Shown: positions 12,211 to 24,100 of the stretch, piece by piece
Layout of the letters: each line of letters opens with the position of its first letter
Position numbering within the stretch: the stretch's first letter is position 1
NCBI GenBank assembly: GCA_022813865.1
Contig: JALDZX010000016.1
Coordinates: 186,001-250,000, forward strand
Reading direction: 5' to 3'
Length of the DNA: 64,000 bases
From: Xylographa opegraphella
Lineage: Eukaryota
Made by a program: the position numbers and the translations under genes
The notes under the pieces: generated by a model
Told to the model about the DNA's origin: nothing
Seen by the model: the letters and a program-made list of their open reading frames with translations, nothing else
The model's database searches: none

Positions 12211-14250
12211 TTAACCTCCACCCTCCATCTTCATAAACAACTTCTCCCTCTTCAAGAAAACACTCCCAACTAAGCCCACCGCCCCAGCCACGACAACCAA
12301 GTAGTAAATTCTCGATATCGTAGTGACAATTGCATCCAGCGCCACGACCTGCAGATCCGCTGGCAAAGTCGCAAATACATTGCTGCCTGCGCCCGTCACG
12401 ATATCATGCAGTTGAGCAGAAGTGTATCCGTGGCCCGCCAATCCCTGAGTCAGGAGATCGTAAGCCAAATTCTGGTAGATGGTCCCCGAGACGGTAAGTG
12501 CTATAACAATGGCGCCGATTTGCGCGATGTTGATGAATGCGATAGCTGCCGGAATGTGTTGCGGAGAAGTCATGCCGATCTTTGCGGGCGCGATGGAGTA
12601 AGCGGCTTGCGAGGTGGAGCCGCCACCTATGGCAATGAGGACGGAGTATCCGTAAACGGCGGAAATGGACGTCGAGGACGTGACGGTCGTCATGAGCGCC
12701 CCGCCGATAAGGGTAAAGACGCCCGCAAAAACAAACCAGGGCATGTAGTACCCAAATGCCGGCATAGCACCGCCGTTAAGCAGTATAAAGAAGACGAGGA
12801 GGAAGATAAATGGTAGAAGACGAACGGCGGCCTGCAGTGCGGAGTCCCCGCGGGCGAACTGAAAGTATATGGGAATATAATATATGGGAACAAAGATTGC
12901 GGCGCCGCTGCAGGCGGTGAGGATGTAAAGAAGAATCATGCTGCGGGAATGGAGCAGAAACGTTGGGAATATGCGATTCGCTTTGGGAGAGAATGGGGGA
13001 AATGCTTGAGAGATGATGAAAGCGATAAGGGTAACGCCGAAGAAGACGAGGCAGATGATTGTGCGGTAGTCGTTCCACAGCCAGATCGGGCCGCCAAAGG
13101 TAAGGGCCAAGAGAAGCGTGGTGTAAGCGGCAGTATAGAGGAGGATTCCGAGCCAGTCGAAGGTTTTGAGCTTTTGCAGGCGTGGAACGTCGGGTTGAGG
13201 TTGAAAGCCCTTGATGAGGAAGAAGTAAACTGGGGTGAAGAGAGCTCCAATAACGAGGTTAATGTAGAAAGACTTTTTGGAGTTAGCTTTTGGCTGCCTA
13301 CTTGGTTGTTGGTGAGAATGAATGCGTACCCATCGCCATGTAGCACTACTATCCGCAAAGCTACCTCCTATGACAGGTCCCAAAATTGTGCCTAGACATG
13401 CGCTTCAGTATATACTGGAGAGGTAATCCTTGATGACATACCAGCTCCCCATACGACACCATTCAAAGCCATGTATAGAGGCCGCTCGCGAATTGTAGTG
13501 TAGATTGCTAGAAGATTAAGTCCTCTTTCGGTTATCATTAGCAGATTCTTTCAGGAATCTTTGTACCCAGATACGTACCCCAGATACATTCCTGCACCAC
13601 CAGCACCAGCGATGACTCGTCCAATAACCAGAGCATTCATATTAGGGGCTCCTCCACAGAGCGCACTGCCGACTTCGAAAAGCAAAATGCTGCCTAGCCA
13701 TAGCCACTTCACGTCGAACATACCATATGCCATGCCACTGTAGCATGTTCAGCAACAAGAATCGTTATGAAACTTGATATACATACATTGGTAGTATCAA
13801 CACCACAGAGCCCAACGGAAAGCCCGAGCCGATCCATGCAAGCTTACCTGGCTCGTGAAAGCTTTCGACAACGGCAGCTTGAATATCGGCGACGATTGTA
13901 TTATCGAGGCCATATAGAAAGCTACCCGAATTGATTGCAATTGCAACTAGCACCCACTATAGCAATGCTCATATTAGCCGTACACCGCCCGTGCAGTGAG
14001 GCTAGATGATTACCTTCCAGCCCACAATTGCACGCTTGTTGTCCTCTTCGTTGGGGCTGGCAGCAGATGCGGGATTGCTAGTAGGTTCAGCCGTGCTTTC
14101 ATGCTCGTCAGCGCCATGGAGCAATTCGCTTTTTCTGACCTGAGCCAGAGAGCTATCTTGGTTGTCCACTGCTAGCTCCGGAAGGGCACTTGGGTGTTGG
14201 TATTCTTTCTCCGACATTGCTGCTGCTACATGTACTGATGGGTCTGACAT
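12211..14250 (-). CDS. MFS drug:H+ antiporter (DHA2/14-TM type) secondary-metabolite efflux pump
   Basis: Multi-exon (14250-14014, 13956-13787, 13737-13579, then further exons to 12211). Motifs: FLYGLDNTIVADIQ, LFEVGSALCGGAPNMNALVIGRVIAGAGGAG, LGPVIGGSFADSSATWRW, YYIPIYFQF. Many hydrophobic helices. Confidence 0.93.
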
Positions 14251-14369
14251 ACTGGTTGATGGCGATGAGACTTCGAAAGTATGAAGTTCGCCATTCTTCG
14301 AGGAGGCGCGCGCTAGTGATCTGCTACTTCGTTAATGTTTCTTGTGTAACGTCGCGCGACCTTAACTCC

Positions 14370-14674
14370 TCGCACGCCGATGCGTCCCTAAGTCCGAAAT
14401 CAGCATTCCATTAGCGGAGGGATGAAGCGCCGCATCTTACATGTTTAGCGTACAGTAAATGCGGACCCAGAACGAGATCTATTTTCGAGCTGGCCAGCAC
14501 CAGTTACTCCACTAGGAATAAATGGATCATGCATGGCTTGGGCCTCGTAAGTTGTCACAGCGTTCCGGCCAGCGAGTGGACTCTGAGATGTGGGTGCGGA
14601 GATAAAGGAACGGGCGCCTTTCCCTTTCTAGACCGAAGAAGACAACCCCTGCAAGGCAGTTTTTCGATAACCGA
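14370..14674. promoter_or_regulatory. AflR-type TCG-N5-CGA sites in the divergent MFS/FAD-oxidoreductase promoter
   Basis: TCGCACGCCGA at 14370-14380 and TCGATAACCGA at 14664-14674. Confidence 0.6.
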
Positions 14675-14861
14675 AGCCATACCACAAGGCTGAACGATAA
14701 CAATGGATGAAGCCAAGAATGAAGAACACGACTCATGCACGGGCAACCCATAAGCATACAAGGGGCCATTAATTCAGCATCAGGGAAACGACCAGCAGTG
14801 AAGCATTTCTCACATAATCGATTTGTGTGTTTTAGTGTTGCTGTTTACCTCTCAGCCTATC

Positions 14862-16397
14862 ATGCACTCCAACGGACACAACGCCATCAATTCTGCCATC
14901 GTGGAGCTGCAAGAGACCCTGCACGATTCAAAGGTGTTGACACCGGGGTCGATTGATTACGACAACTGCCTGAAAAGATGGGCGCTGCAAGCGCAGAAAC
15001 CAGCAGTATGTCGAGTCGCTCGATAGACCAGAAATTTGACTGAAGCTTATTAGGGTGCTGTTGTGAAAGCCACATCTGCAGAAGACGTGGCAATAGCCCT
15101 CAAGGTAGCACAAAAATATGGTATCCAAATGGCCGTTGGAGGGGGTGGTCACGGGACTAACGGTTCTTCGTCGACTGATGGGGGTATTCTGATTGACATC
15201 ACACCGATGAACAAAGTCACCGTCGACATAGAAAAGAAGACTGCAACTGCAGGTGGCGGAGCACGGTGGGAAGAGGTCGACGTTGGGCTTGGTGAGGTAG
15301 GCCTTGCTGCCGTCGGCGGTCGAGTCAACAACACTGGCATTGGCGGTCTCACGCTTGGTGGTGGCTATGGCTGGCTCTCAAGCAAGTATGGTCTGGTAGT
15401 CGACAACCTCTTGTCCACTGAGGTAGTCCTAGCAGATGGCCGAATTGTGACTGCCTCGAGCCGCAAGAATCCGGATCTTTTCTGGGCTATTCGTGGAGCC
15501 GGGCAATGTTTTGGGGTCACGACCCAGTTTCTTTATCAAGCCCACGATCTCGCTTACCCTGTTTGGGCTGGACAGCTGATTATCAAGCACGACAAATACA
15601 AGGCCGTGGTCGATTTCATCAACGAGTTCCTCGCGAAGGTCGACGGAGAGGCCTCTATGACTTGTGCTTGTGCAACAGCACCAATTTCAGGATTCATCTG
15701 CTCGCTCTTCTATAATGGTCCTCAGCATAAAGCGGAGCAATTCTATGCACCGTTGCTGGCATTGGAGCCTGTATCAAATACCACAAGGGTTATGCCCTAC
15801 TGCGAGGTCAACGCTATGACGAACAAGCAGGTGCCTTGGGGCTCCAATCGTATTCTTCGTGGAACCTCTTTCGTCCCTCCGCTCTCCGTAGAATTTATGG
15901 AGACCATGATGGACACCATAAAGAACTACAGAGCGAACCTGATCGATAACGAGACCTTGCCGCCAAGCACATTTATGTTCGAACTGTCTGATAACAGGGT
16001 GATACAGAAGGTGCCTCATGAAGCAATGTCTTTCGCCAATCGTGGGCCTCAATGCCATATCATGCTGTTCTTACAATGGGGCAGTCGAGAACAAGACGGC
16101 TACGTTCGTGAAACCGCGACTCGCATATCGCATATGTGTGAAGCTGAAGTAAAACGAACGGTGAAAATACATGGTAGTGCGTACGATTCAAGGGCCGTCG
16201 GACAATATGGAAACTATGATGGTAAGATCATCTCTTTAGCCACGATAAAGGGCTCTAACAGAAATGCAGGCCTATTAGCTCCGGCTATAGACATCTTTGG
16301 AGCAGAGAAATTGGAGAAGCTTTCCGTTCTTAAGGCGAAATTTGACCCTACCAATGTTTTCTGCACTTCTTATGCTATACCAGTTGCAAAGGCTTGA
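14862..16397 (+). CDS. FAD-linked oxidoreductase (VAO/BBE-like FAD_binding_4 family)
   Basis: Exons 14862-15005, 15054-16221, 16270-16397. Motifs: AVGGGGH (His in the position that binds FAD covalently in this family), TGIGGLTLGGGYGWLS, GLVVDNLLS, NPDLFWAIRGAG, and a BBE-like tail YGNY...LKAKFDPTNVF. No signal peptide seen. Confidence 0.92.
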
Positions 16398-16965
16398 CGA
16401 TGATTACCGTGGCTTACCTGCTAGACTGAACTTACACATTACTCGAATGTCTTTTATGCAGTACCCATGATACGTGACGCGAAGAGATCAGTTAAATAGT
16501 AGTGATAATATGGATTGTTTTGACAAAGTTTGATACGATTGGCAAACGTCAGAAGCGATGCGGGGTCAGCCTTACATTTTTCGAAGTGTCCTAACCGGAA
16601 TTGGTCAAGTAGTGCTTCAGGACTCTAGGAGGATGTCCTGCTAAGCATAGGTAAGGTAAGGTACCTCAAGGTAACTAAGGTACGGAGGTAACCAATATAG
16701 AGAATTATCCCAACCATTGCGGGCCGCTATTCTAGACGCTTCGGGCGGCTCCTGTGTGGAGCACCAATTACCTAATTTCTTGTCCTTCCAGACCATCGAG
16801 AGCCTACCACCCAGCGACGATGCAATTACAACTACCGCATCTTACAAAGATATAGTGTTTATAGAAGAGTAGGAGTTGGTTTCAGAGTGTGAGGAGATGA
16901 TCTTCAAGAAATCTACCGAAGCACATGATGACATACATATTCCTATTCTATACTCCATCGCACAC

Positions 16966-17721
16966 CTAAACCTCCGCCGCGATCTCCTTCGGATCCACCA
17001 ACGCCGCAACAGCCTGCTCCTCATGCGGGTGAAACTTGAAGACTTTATCAAAGTCATGCTCGTTCCATCTGATCAGCGTCGTGATCCCGCCCCACTTCCA
17101 GACGCCCTCTACCTGCCGGTACGTCAACGTGATCATCGCATACCCATGCCCTTTGACCTCCACCTCCTTCTTCTCTAGCGTTTTATATCGCTGGTGGGCC
17201 GCCCGAATCTGGTGTTGGGCTTCGATATGCGTGGAAGACAATTTGCGATACTTGGACCCGCCCATTAGATGCTGGGTGTCGATCAAAGGGTCACCGAGAA
17301 ATTTGGGGTCGGACATCATGGCGACGAAAGAAGAAGCTGGAAGAGCTTCATCTTTGAAGTCGTTGACCGAGGCGTAGTTGACCTGTGAGAGTGTAATATT
17401 CGTAAGCTACCCCGGCTGGTCTGGGGTGGAGACGAGAAGCAGACCTTTATTGTTGGAGCAAGGATACTGGCTAGACGGGTCCAATCCTGGCAGATATAAG
17501 AGCTGGACGAGTTTATTAAATTTTATGTGCAGAAATTACCTTAGAGTCATAGCTCTCGGCCCATTCGAAGGTAAGTTCTTGACAAGCAAGATATTCTGTT
17601 ACTCTGTATTAGACGATCTGGATGGAAAATCTCACAATACAGCAGGACAGGAGACTTGTGAAAGGAGTAAGAGGAATGAAGGTTATACACCTTTGAAAGT
17701 GAGCTCGGTGTCGTTAGTCAT
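16966..17721 (-). CDS. Scytalone dehydratase-like protein (NTF2-like fold)
   Basis: Exons 17721-17691, 17595-17540, 17486-17445, 17382-16966 (181 aa): MTNDTELTFKEYLACQELTFEWAESYDSKDWTRLASILAPTIKVNY...LGDPLIDTQHLMGG...HQIRAAHQRY...KGHG...GVWKWGGI...RWNEHDFDKVF. Confidence 0.93.
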
Positions 17722-18144
17722 TGTGCCCTGTTAAAACGTGAACAATAATTTGCGTGATAAATGTATTTATCTGGAGGTGCACAACCAGTCTATGGCAAGA
17801 TACAAATATATAGTCTCCTGTGATCTCGTTCTGTGCCTTGTGCAATAATAAATTCAATTTCGAGTAAGAGAAGTCAAGTTCTAATGGTATACTAATCCAT
17901 AGATTGCGAGGCTTGTAGAAGTGGATTGCATTCAACGCGAGCAAATGCGGCATAAGCTCTCGTAATCTGCCCGAAGTCGCCTGTTGACATTTTGGAATCC
18001 TAAAACATGCGTACTACTCCTCTCTCTCGCTGATCGTAAGGTAGGTATCATGGCCCAATAACGCGAAGCAGTGAAGAATGTTAGCGGCAATCCTGGTAAG
18101 CGAGTCATACTCTCAAATAGGCTAGTGCTCACCCCCTGCATTTC

Positions 18145-18175
18145 TCGATCACCGACTCAAGCCGTCGGTGATCGT
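18145..18175. promoter_or_regulatory. Inverted pair of AflR-type sites in the divergent dehydratase/O-methyltransferase promoter
   Basis: TCGATCACCGA (18145-18155) and TCGGTGATCGT (18165-18175). Together they form a perfect 11-bp inverted repeat CGATCACCGAC-N7-GTCGGTGATCG. Confidence 0.65.
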
Positions 18176-18370
18176 AACCATGAATAATCGATAGTCGCTT
18201 CACTTTCCCGCACAGCTGGTGGTATTTGCTTCATGCGTGCCAAGCCTACACCTGGGTGAGTACGAAGGCTGCTCCGATATTTCATGGATATCACATAGGG
18301 GTTAGTTCTAGGGCATGAGTGGTAGAGACCGAGAACGTCGCCTCAGTGTACTGCCTGCTAACCTGTCATT

Positions 18371-20039
18371 ATGACCATCTATACTAATGGACAGACGAAG
18401 TCACCATCGGTTGCAATCGATGCCCAGATCAAAGAACTCTTGAAGGCAACCGAGATTCTGAATACTGCCGTCAAGACAATAGCTGAAGAATGGACCACAG
18501 CTGGGGGCGACGGCACCTTGATTGGGGATACCCGGATGGTACTGCCAAGTTCTTCGGGGTATAATGCCCAGAAGACGATACTGGGCGCTATGGGCAAGAT
18601 CCAAGAGCTCGTTGCTATCCCTCAGATGAAACTGATCGAGATGTCCGAACAATTTTATGAGAGTAGGGCGTTACACATCGCTGCTGAACACCGAATTGCC
18701 GACCTGCTCTCAGGACACGACGACGAAGGTGTACCAATCAGTGAACTGGCGAAATCAACCGGCCTTGACTGTGACAAATTATGTCAGTATACAAGGTTTG
18801 TTTGACAACGGGTAGAACACTTACTGTATGCAATAGGCCGTATCCTGCGTGTGTTGTGCTCCAGTGGCATATTCAAGGAAACGACACCACAGACTTTTGC
18901 AAACAACAGAATATCGGCTGTGTTGGCTCACAATGAGAGCTTCCGCTCCTACATCCTTGTGTTGTAAGTGTATAGAGAGCCTTCACCATTCGTCTTATTT
19001 AATTACTTATCTTGTCGAAACGGAACACATAGCGAAAGTACCATTTTCTATATCTGACATTTTCATGATCGTAGTTCTATCTGTCATTATCAAGTTGCCG
19101 GAGCGTTACCGAAAGCCATGAGAGACACGATAAAAGGCCACTCATCGAAAGTGAACGAGACAGCGTTCAACATCTCCCATCAAACAACAGACTCCTTTTT
19201 CGAATGGATGGAAACCAAGGTACCTTCAGAGGACGGTAAATCGCTGGTCGGACGGCCCGAACTACCATATTTTTCATCAGCCATGGTCGGTGTTGGCAGA
19301 GTCAGCAGCACGGCGCTCATCTACGACTATCCATGGTCTTCCCTGGGCAAAGGGACAGTCGTTGATGTGGGCGGAGGAGTCGGTCCGCTTTCAGAGATCT
19401 GGTTCCCTAAGTACGAAGCTAACTTATTCGCAGGAGGTTTTGCTCTGGAGCTTGCCAAGCAATACCCAGATCTTCAGTTTGTCGTTCAAGACCGTGCGGA
19501 GGTCATTGCGAAGGGCGTTACGCTCTGGACCAAAGAAATGCCAGACGCTCTGAGCTCTCATCGGGCAAAACTAATGGCGGAAGACTTTTTCAAAGTCAAC
19601 CCGGTCAAAGGCGCAGAAGTATATTTCATGCGTGGCATAATGTAAGCAGTATCAAGTGCTGCTCATGCTATCAGGCCTGGTAAGATGCTGACATGTTCGT
19701 CCTTGTAGGCATGACTGGCCGAACGCCGAAAGTATTAAGATTCTCAAAGGCATCGTTCCTGCCATGACGGCTAAGTCGCGTGTTGTTATTGCTGAATTCA
19801 TCGTCAATAATACACTTGGTGATCCAGAGCTTCAACGGGCGCCATGGCCGTTGCCTGCCAACTATGGGATATATCCGCGTTATACATACCAACGTGATCT
19901 CGTTATGATGTCTCTATTCAATAGCATGGAGCGAACGCTGGATCAGTTTCGTGAAATCATACGTGGCGCGGGATTGGTGATTGAACGAGTCTGGGAATGT
20001 AGGAGCCAGACAAGCTTGATCGAGTGTAGATTACCGTGA
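18371..20039 (+). CDS. SAM-dependent O-methyltransferase (Methyltransf_2, fungal secondary-metabolism type)
   Basis: Five exons from 18371 to 20039. Dimerisation region ESRALHIAAEHRIADLL...RILRVLCSSGIFKE...FANNRIS. SAM-binding VVDVGGGVG, then VVQDR, DFF, and catalytic MHDW spanning the last splice junction, then DLVMM...ERT. Confidence 0.93.
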
Positions 20040-21123
20040 TCACGGTCCTAATCCGACGCATTCAACCTTGCTCGATAAAATTGACCAGCGTACAATATTA
20101 GTCTGTTTATATAATTCTCACTGAAAATATGATCCGACGGAGCATAGCTCACAAACATTTCTTGTTCGTCCTGATGCACGCTTAATAGCATCCGACGCTT
20201 CTTGTAAATGTGTACGGCCAGGAGAAACGCAGGCTACTCCGCTCAGTCAACAATAATAGTTTTATGATGGAACAATCATATTATTTGCGCTTTTCTCCAC
20301 GGACGTTGAAGAGATCGTGACCGGGAACCACGAGCGTAAAGATTCTGAGCATTTTGGCTGAATTACGTTGTAAGTCTCGACCATTAAAATTTCGAGATTG
20401 ACATCGTGGACAACTCCCCTCTTGGGCAGCGTTGTGATCGCCCCCTTGAAGTCTTCGTGATAATTGGTAAATAGATCGCTGCTTGCTGTGCCCGTATTAT
20501 TGCGTGCTGCTACACCAAGAACAGCTAGAACCTAGTCCTGATACAGTAGAGCGTCCAAATCCGGAGCGGAACAATGTGTATCCCGGATCTCTTTCCAAAC
20601 AGCTTTCGAGCCTCGTATGTAAAAAGCAGCAAGTTGCAATGAAGCAACAGAAACAGAAGTGGGACTTTATTCTTACAGATCTATGAAGTTTCAGAATAGA
20701 ACAAGAAATGACCAACGTCTTGAAAGTATATCTGCTGGCCCAAAGCTTTATAACCAGTTCCGTAGACTAGGATTGTTGTTGAGACCACCCCACATTTTTA
20801 ATATTGTGACCAAGTTGCATTACATCTACAACAGTGCTATACATCGCAAGCATGAAATGCACCCGTTTGTTGTCGGTCGTTTGTGACGGGGAGCCTCAGG
20901 CTGTCATCAATCAAACTTTACTCGTGGTTGATATACCATCCGCTCTGACACCCTTCTAACCATTTCGAGGTTTGTAGTCTGGAGCACCTTACGGACGAAC
21001 GTAATGTGAAGGCAATACCAGACAGCTTAGCTGAATGAAATAGGTGCGGCTAGTCTAGGTCCCTGGCTCAATCATTCATCTTGGAAACACTCCAACCGCG
21101 GGCTCACGTCGGGGACTTTAGTC

Positions 21124-24100
21124 ATGAAACTGACATTGCAAGACCGTTTACTGCGCCGTGAGACCGGATATCAAACGCCTTACTCCGGTATCAAAGGTAT
21201 CTACGGTGATAGCAAGTGGATCACAGATTTAGATATTGTCAATGAACTTGGGGGCCATTCAGGATGCGTCAACGCACTCAGGTAAGTCTGTGCCAATGAT
21301 AACCTGTAAGAACCTACGAACCATACTGACTGTAAGGTCACAGTTGGTCGAGATCAGGTAGACTCCTTGCCTCAGGCTCGGATGACCAACATCTGAACAT
21401 ACACTCCTATCAGCCCGATGCCTCCATTGCGCCATTTACCCTGAATACCACAGTCGGTACAGGTCATTCTGCAAATATATTCTCGGTGAAATTTATGCCG
21501 CACTCCAACGACCAGACTCTCGTAACCTGTGCAGGAGATGGAGAGGTTAGGGTATTCGATATCGAGTATTCTGGACGATCCACACTCCCTTCAGCAGCGA
21601 CGAATAGAACGGTGGTCTATCAAAGCAGCAGAAGAAGGTTCAACAATGTCTACCAAGGTGTTCGGTATCTCAGTGACGGTGATACAAATGCAAGGGTTTA
21701 CAGGTCGCACTCGGATCGGGTTAAGCGAATCGTAACGGAGTCCTCCCCATATCTGTTTCTGTCCTGCTCGGAAGATGGCGAAGTACGCCAGTGGGATCTA
21801 AGGTTGCCATCATCGGCTTATCCACCGCCTCGGACTCGGTATGACAACTCCAATGTGCCACCACCCTTGATTTCTTACAAGCGGTTTCAACTGGATCTCA
21901 ACACAATATCATGCTCCGCAACTCAACCTCACTATATTGTCCTCGGCGGTACACATCTTCATTGCTTTCTTCATGATCGGCGAATGATAGGAAGGGATCT
22001 TCGGGTCGAAAGGGGTGTCCCCGGAACTGTAACGCGTGCGAGCGAGTTGTCCGAACATGAAGACAATCTGATGGGCGAAGCCACCAGATGCGTTCGTCGG
22101 TTCGCTCCTAATGGACAAAAGAAGATGAGGAGGACAGACAATGGACATGTTACAGCTTGCAAGATCAGTGACGCGAATCCTAATGAGATGATTGCTAGCT
22201 GGTCTGGAGACCACATCTACAGCTTTGACCTGGTGAAAAGTTGGGATGCAAGAGACGTGAAGATCACTAAGGAGGAACGTCCCGACGCTCGCTTTTCAAA
22301 CAACAAGGTTAAACAATCAAAGTCTCGTGGGCGTGAAAGAAGGCATACAGGCTCTTCTACTTCGGCTGAGGGTCGGAGAAGAGGGCTACCTCAGCCCAGG
22401 CTGTCGAGTGATCTTGCCCTAAGAATTAGATATGAAAATGGCCAAAGTGAGGATATTCCCATTGAGACGCCTGCACCGAATCCTGTACTGGAATCGTTGG
22501 AGTATGGACGTGAATCTGTCTTGAGTGAATCGCAGAAAACAAGCCTACAAATTGCACGGAGTGTGGTTAAAATACGGAAGCTCTTGTTCTCATTAGATAT
22601 CTCAACAGCTGCAGGATTAGAACCCGTTTTAGGCGACCTAGGCAAATATAAGCCCACTCTCACCTCTGCCTTGGGCTTTGCCGCTAGTTGTTTTACTCTC
22701 ATGAACGAAGTAATCAGAGGCTGGAGATATCCTGTTGAGCCTACTCAGTCTGACGTTGCCTTTCAGAACACGCTCCGCCGCAATCGTGACTCTGGTCGAC
22801 GATTTATACAAGCTGCTGGAACGCTGGCCCGAGTTTTAGGCGGAAGTCTCAGGACTGCTAGCAGAGGCAGTAGCCCTCTTTTGCACCATTTCCAATTTAT
22901 CAGACCGGCAGAAAATGAAGCACAATATCAGGATAGGGGCCAGATCTTTAGTTATGACTTTCTCAGAGCTATCCTACTCTGGCTAGACGGTGGCCCTCAG
23001 GCGTTATTGGATGGGTTCAAGAAGCCAGCAGACCAGCGAAACACGAGTACACGGTTTCCTGTCCCTATTGAGGCAGATATTTCTGGTATAGATGACTACT
23101 TAATACCCTATTTGCTCAGCATGGCTACGACACGTGCTATCGTCAATGTTGATGCCTCGAGATTTGAACGAGACGAGTACCGAAGAGCGTTCGATTCCGA
23201 AGCAGATGCCGTTATTGCATTCAGTCATGCAATTAGGATGCCAATCGAAGATCTGTCACGAGCTATAATGCCTGCATCGTCAAGTGCTGATGGTGGAGTT
23301 CCATCTGTAGCTTGTGTATCATCACAGGATAGGAATGTGGCGCTTAAGTACTGGGGATTCAAAATTGGTAGGGGTGTCTTGATGAATGCAGGAGAAGGAA
23401 TCAACTTTGCCTTTCTTGATCGAGCCTTCGGTGGAATTGGCTATTCGAATGGTGAGGACGAAGGAAGGACTCAGGATGACATCGACCCTGATGAGCAAGA
23501 TGAACCGATACGTACACTGGAAGTCATTCCAACCGTTGCGGGCACTGAAGATGACACCGTAATGAAGGAATATTTTGATGATGAGCAAACCACTGAAGAT
23601 ACCCACGATTTGGCTCTTATTACGCCGCCATCGATACTTGATGAGAGCGCCGACCATGCAGATTCCGAATCTGTCGTTCTGGTGGATGATTTGCACAACG
23701 AACTTGCCGAGCACATGGGATACGACGACGAAAATGGTTCTGGGAGCAGTGCAGAAGACGCCAACGAGGACAATGACGATGGTGATATTGATGACGACGA
23801 GTTGATCGCTACTTCCGGTCGGTTCATGTGGCAGCAGGCTTCCGAGAGAGGAAAATTGCGGCAATCGGTCCAGTCGCATGTACCTTGTGTCTCTCATACA
23901 CGCACATATCGAGGCCACTGCAACGTCAAGACGGTAAAGGATGTCAACTTTTTCGGATTGCAGGACGAGTATGTAATGAGTGGGAGTGATTCGGGTCATC
24001 TTTTTATTTGGGACAAGAAGACGTCTCAACTAGTTAATATTTTGGAAGGTGATGGAGAGGTAGTCAATGTAATGCAAGGTAATTCTCCATCCACGAATTG

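Noticed and set aside
16648..16692. GGTAAGGTAAGGTACC-like short repeats downstream of the FAD oxidoreductase
   Set aside because: Degenerate low-complexity tract with no spacer structure; not CRISPR-like and not a transposon end.
1..20039. Reading the cluster as the standard DHN-melanin locus or as an aflatoxin/monodictyphenone cluster
   Set aside because: The regulator is AflR-type rather than Cmr1/Pig1-type, and O-MT, MFS and FAD-oxidase genes are present. The PT motifs do not look like group IV or V, and no FAS, metallo-beta-lactamase thioesterase or anthrone oxidase genes are visible. The left part of the cluster is outside the window, so this is provisional.
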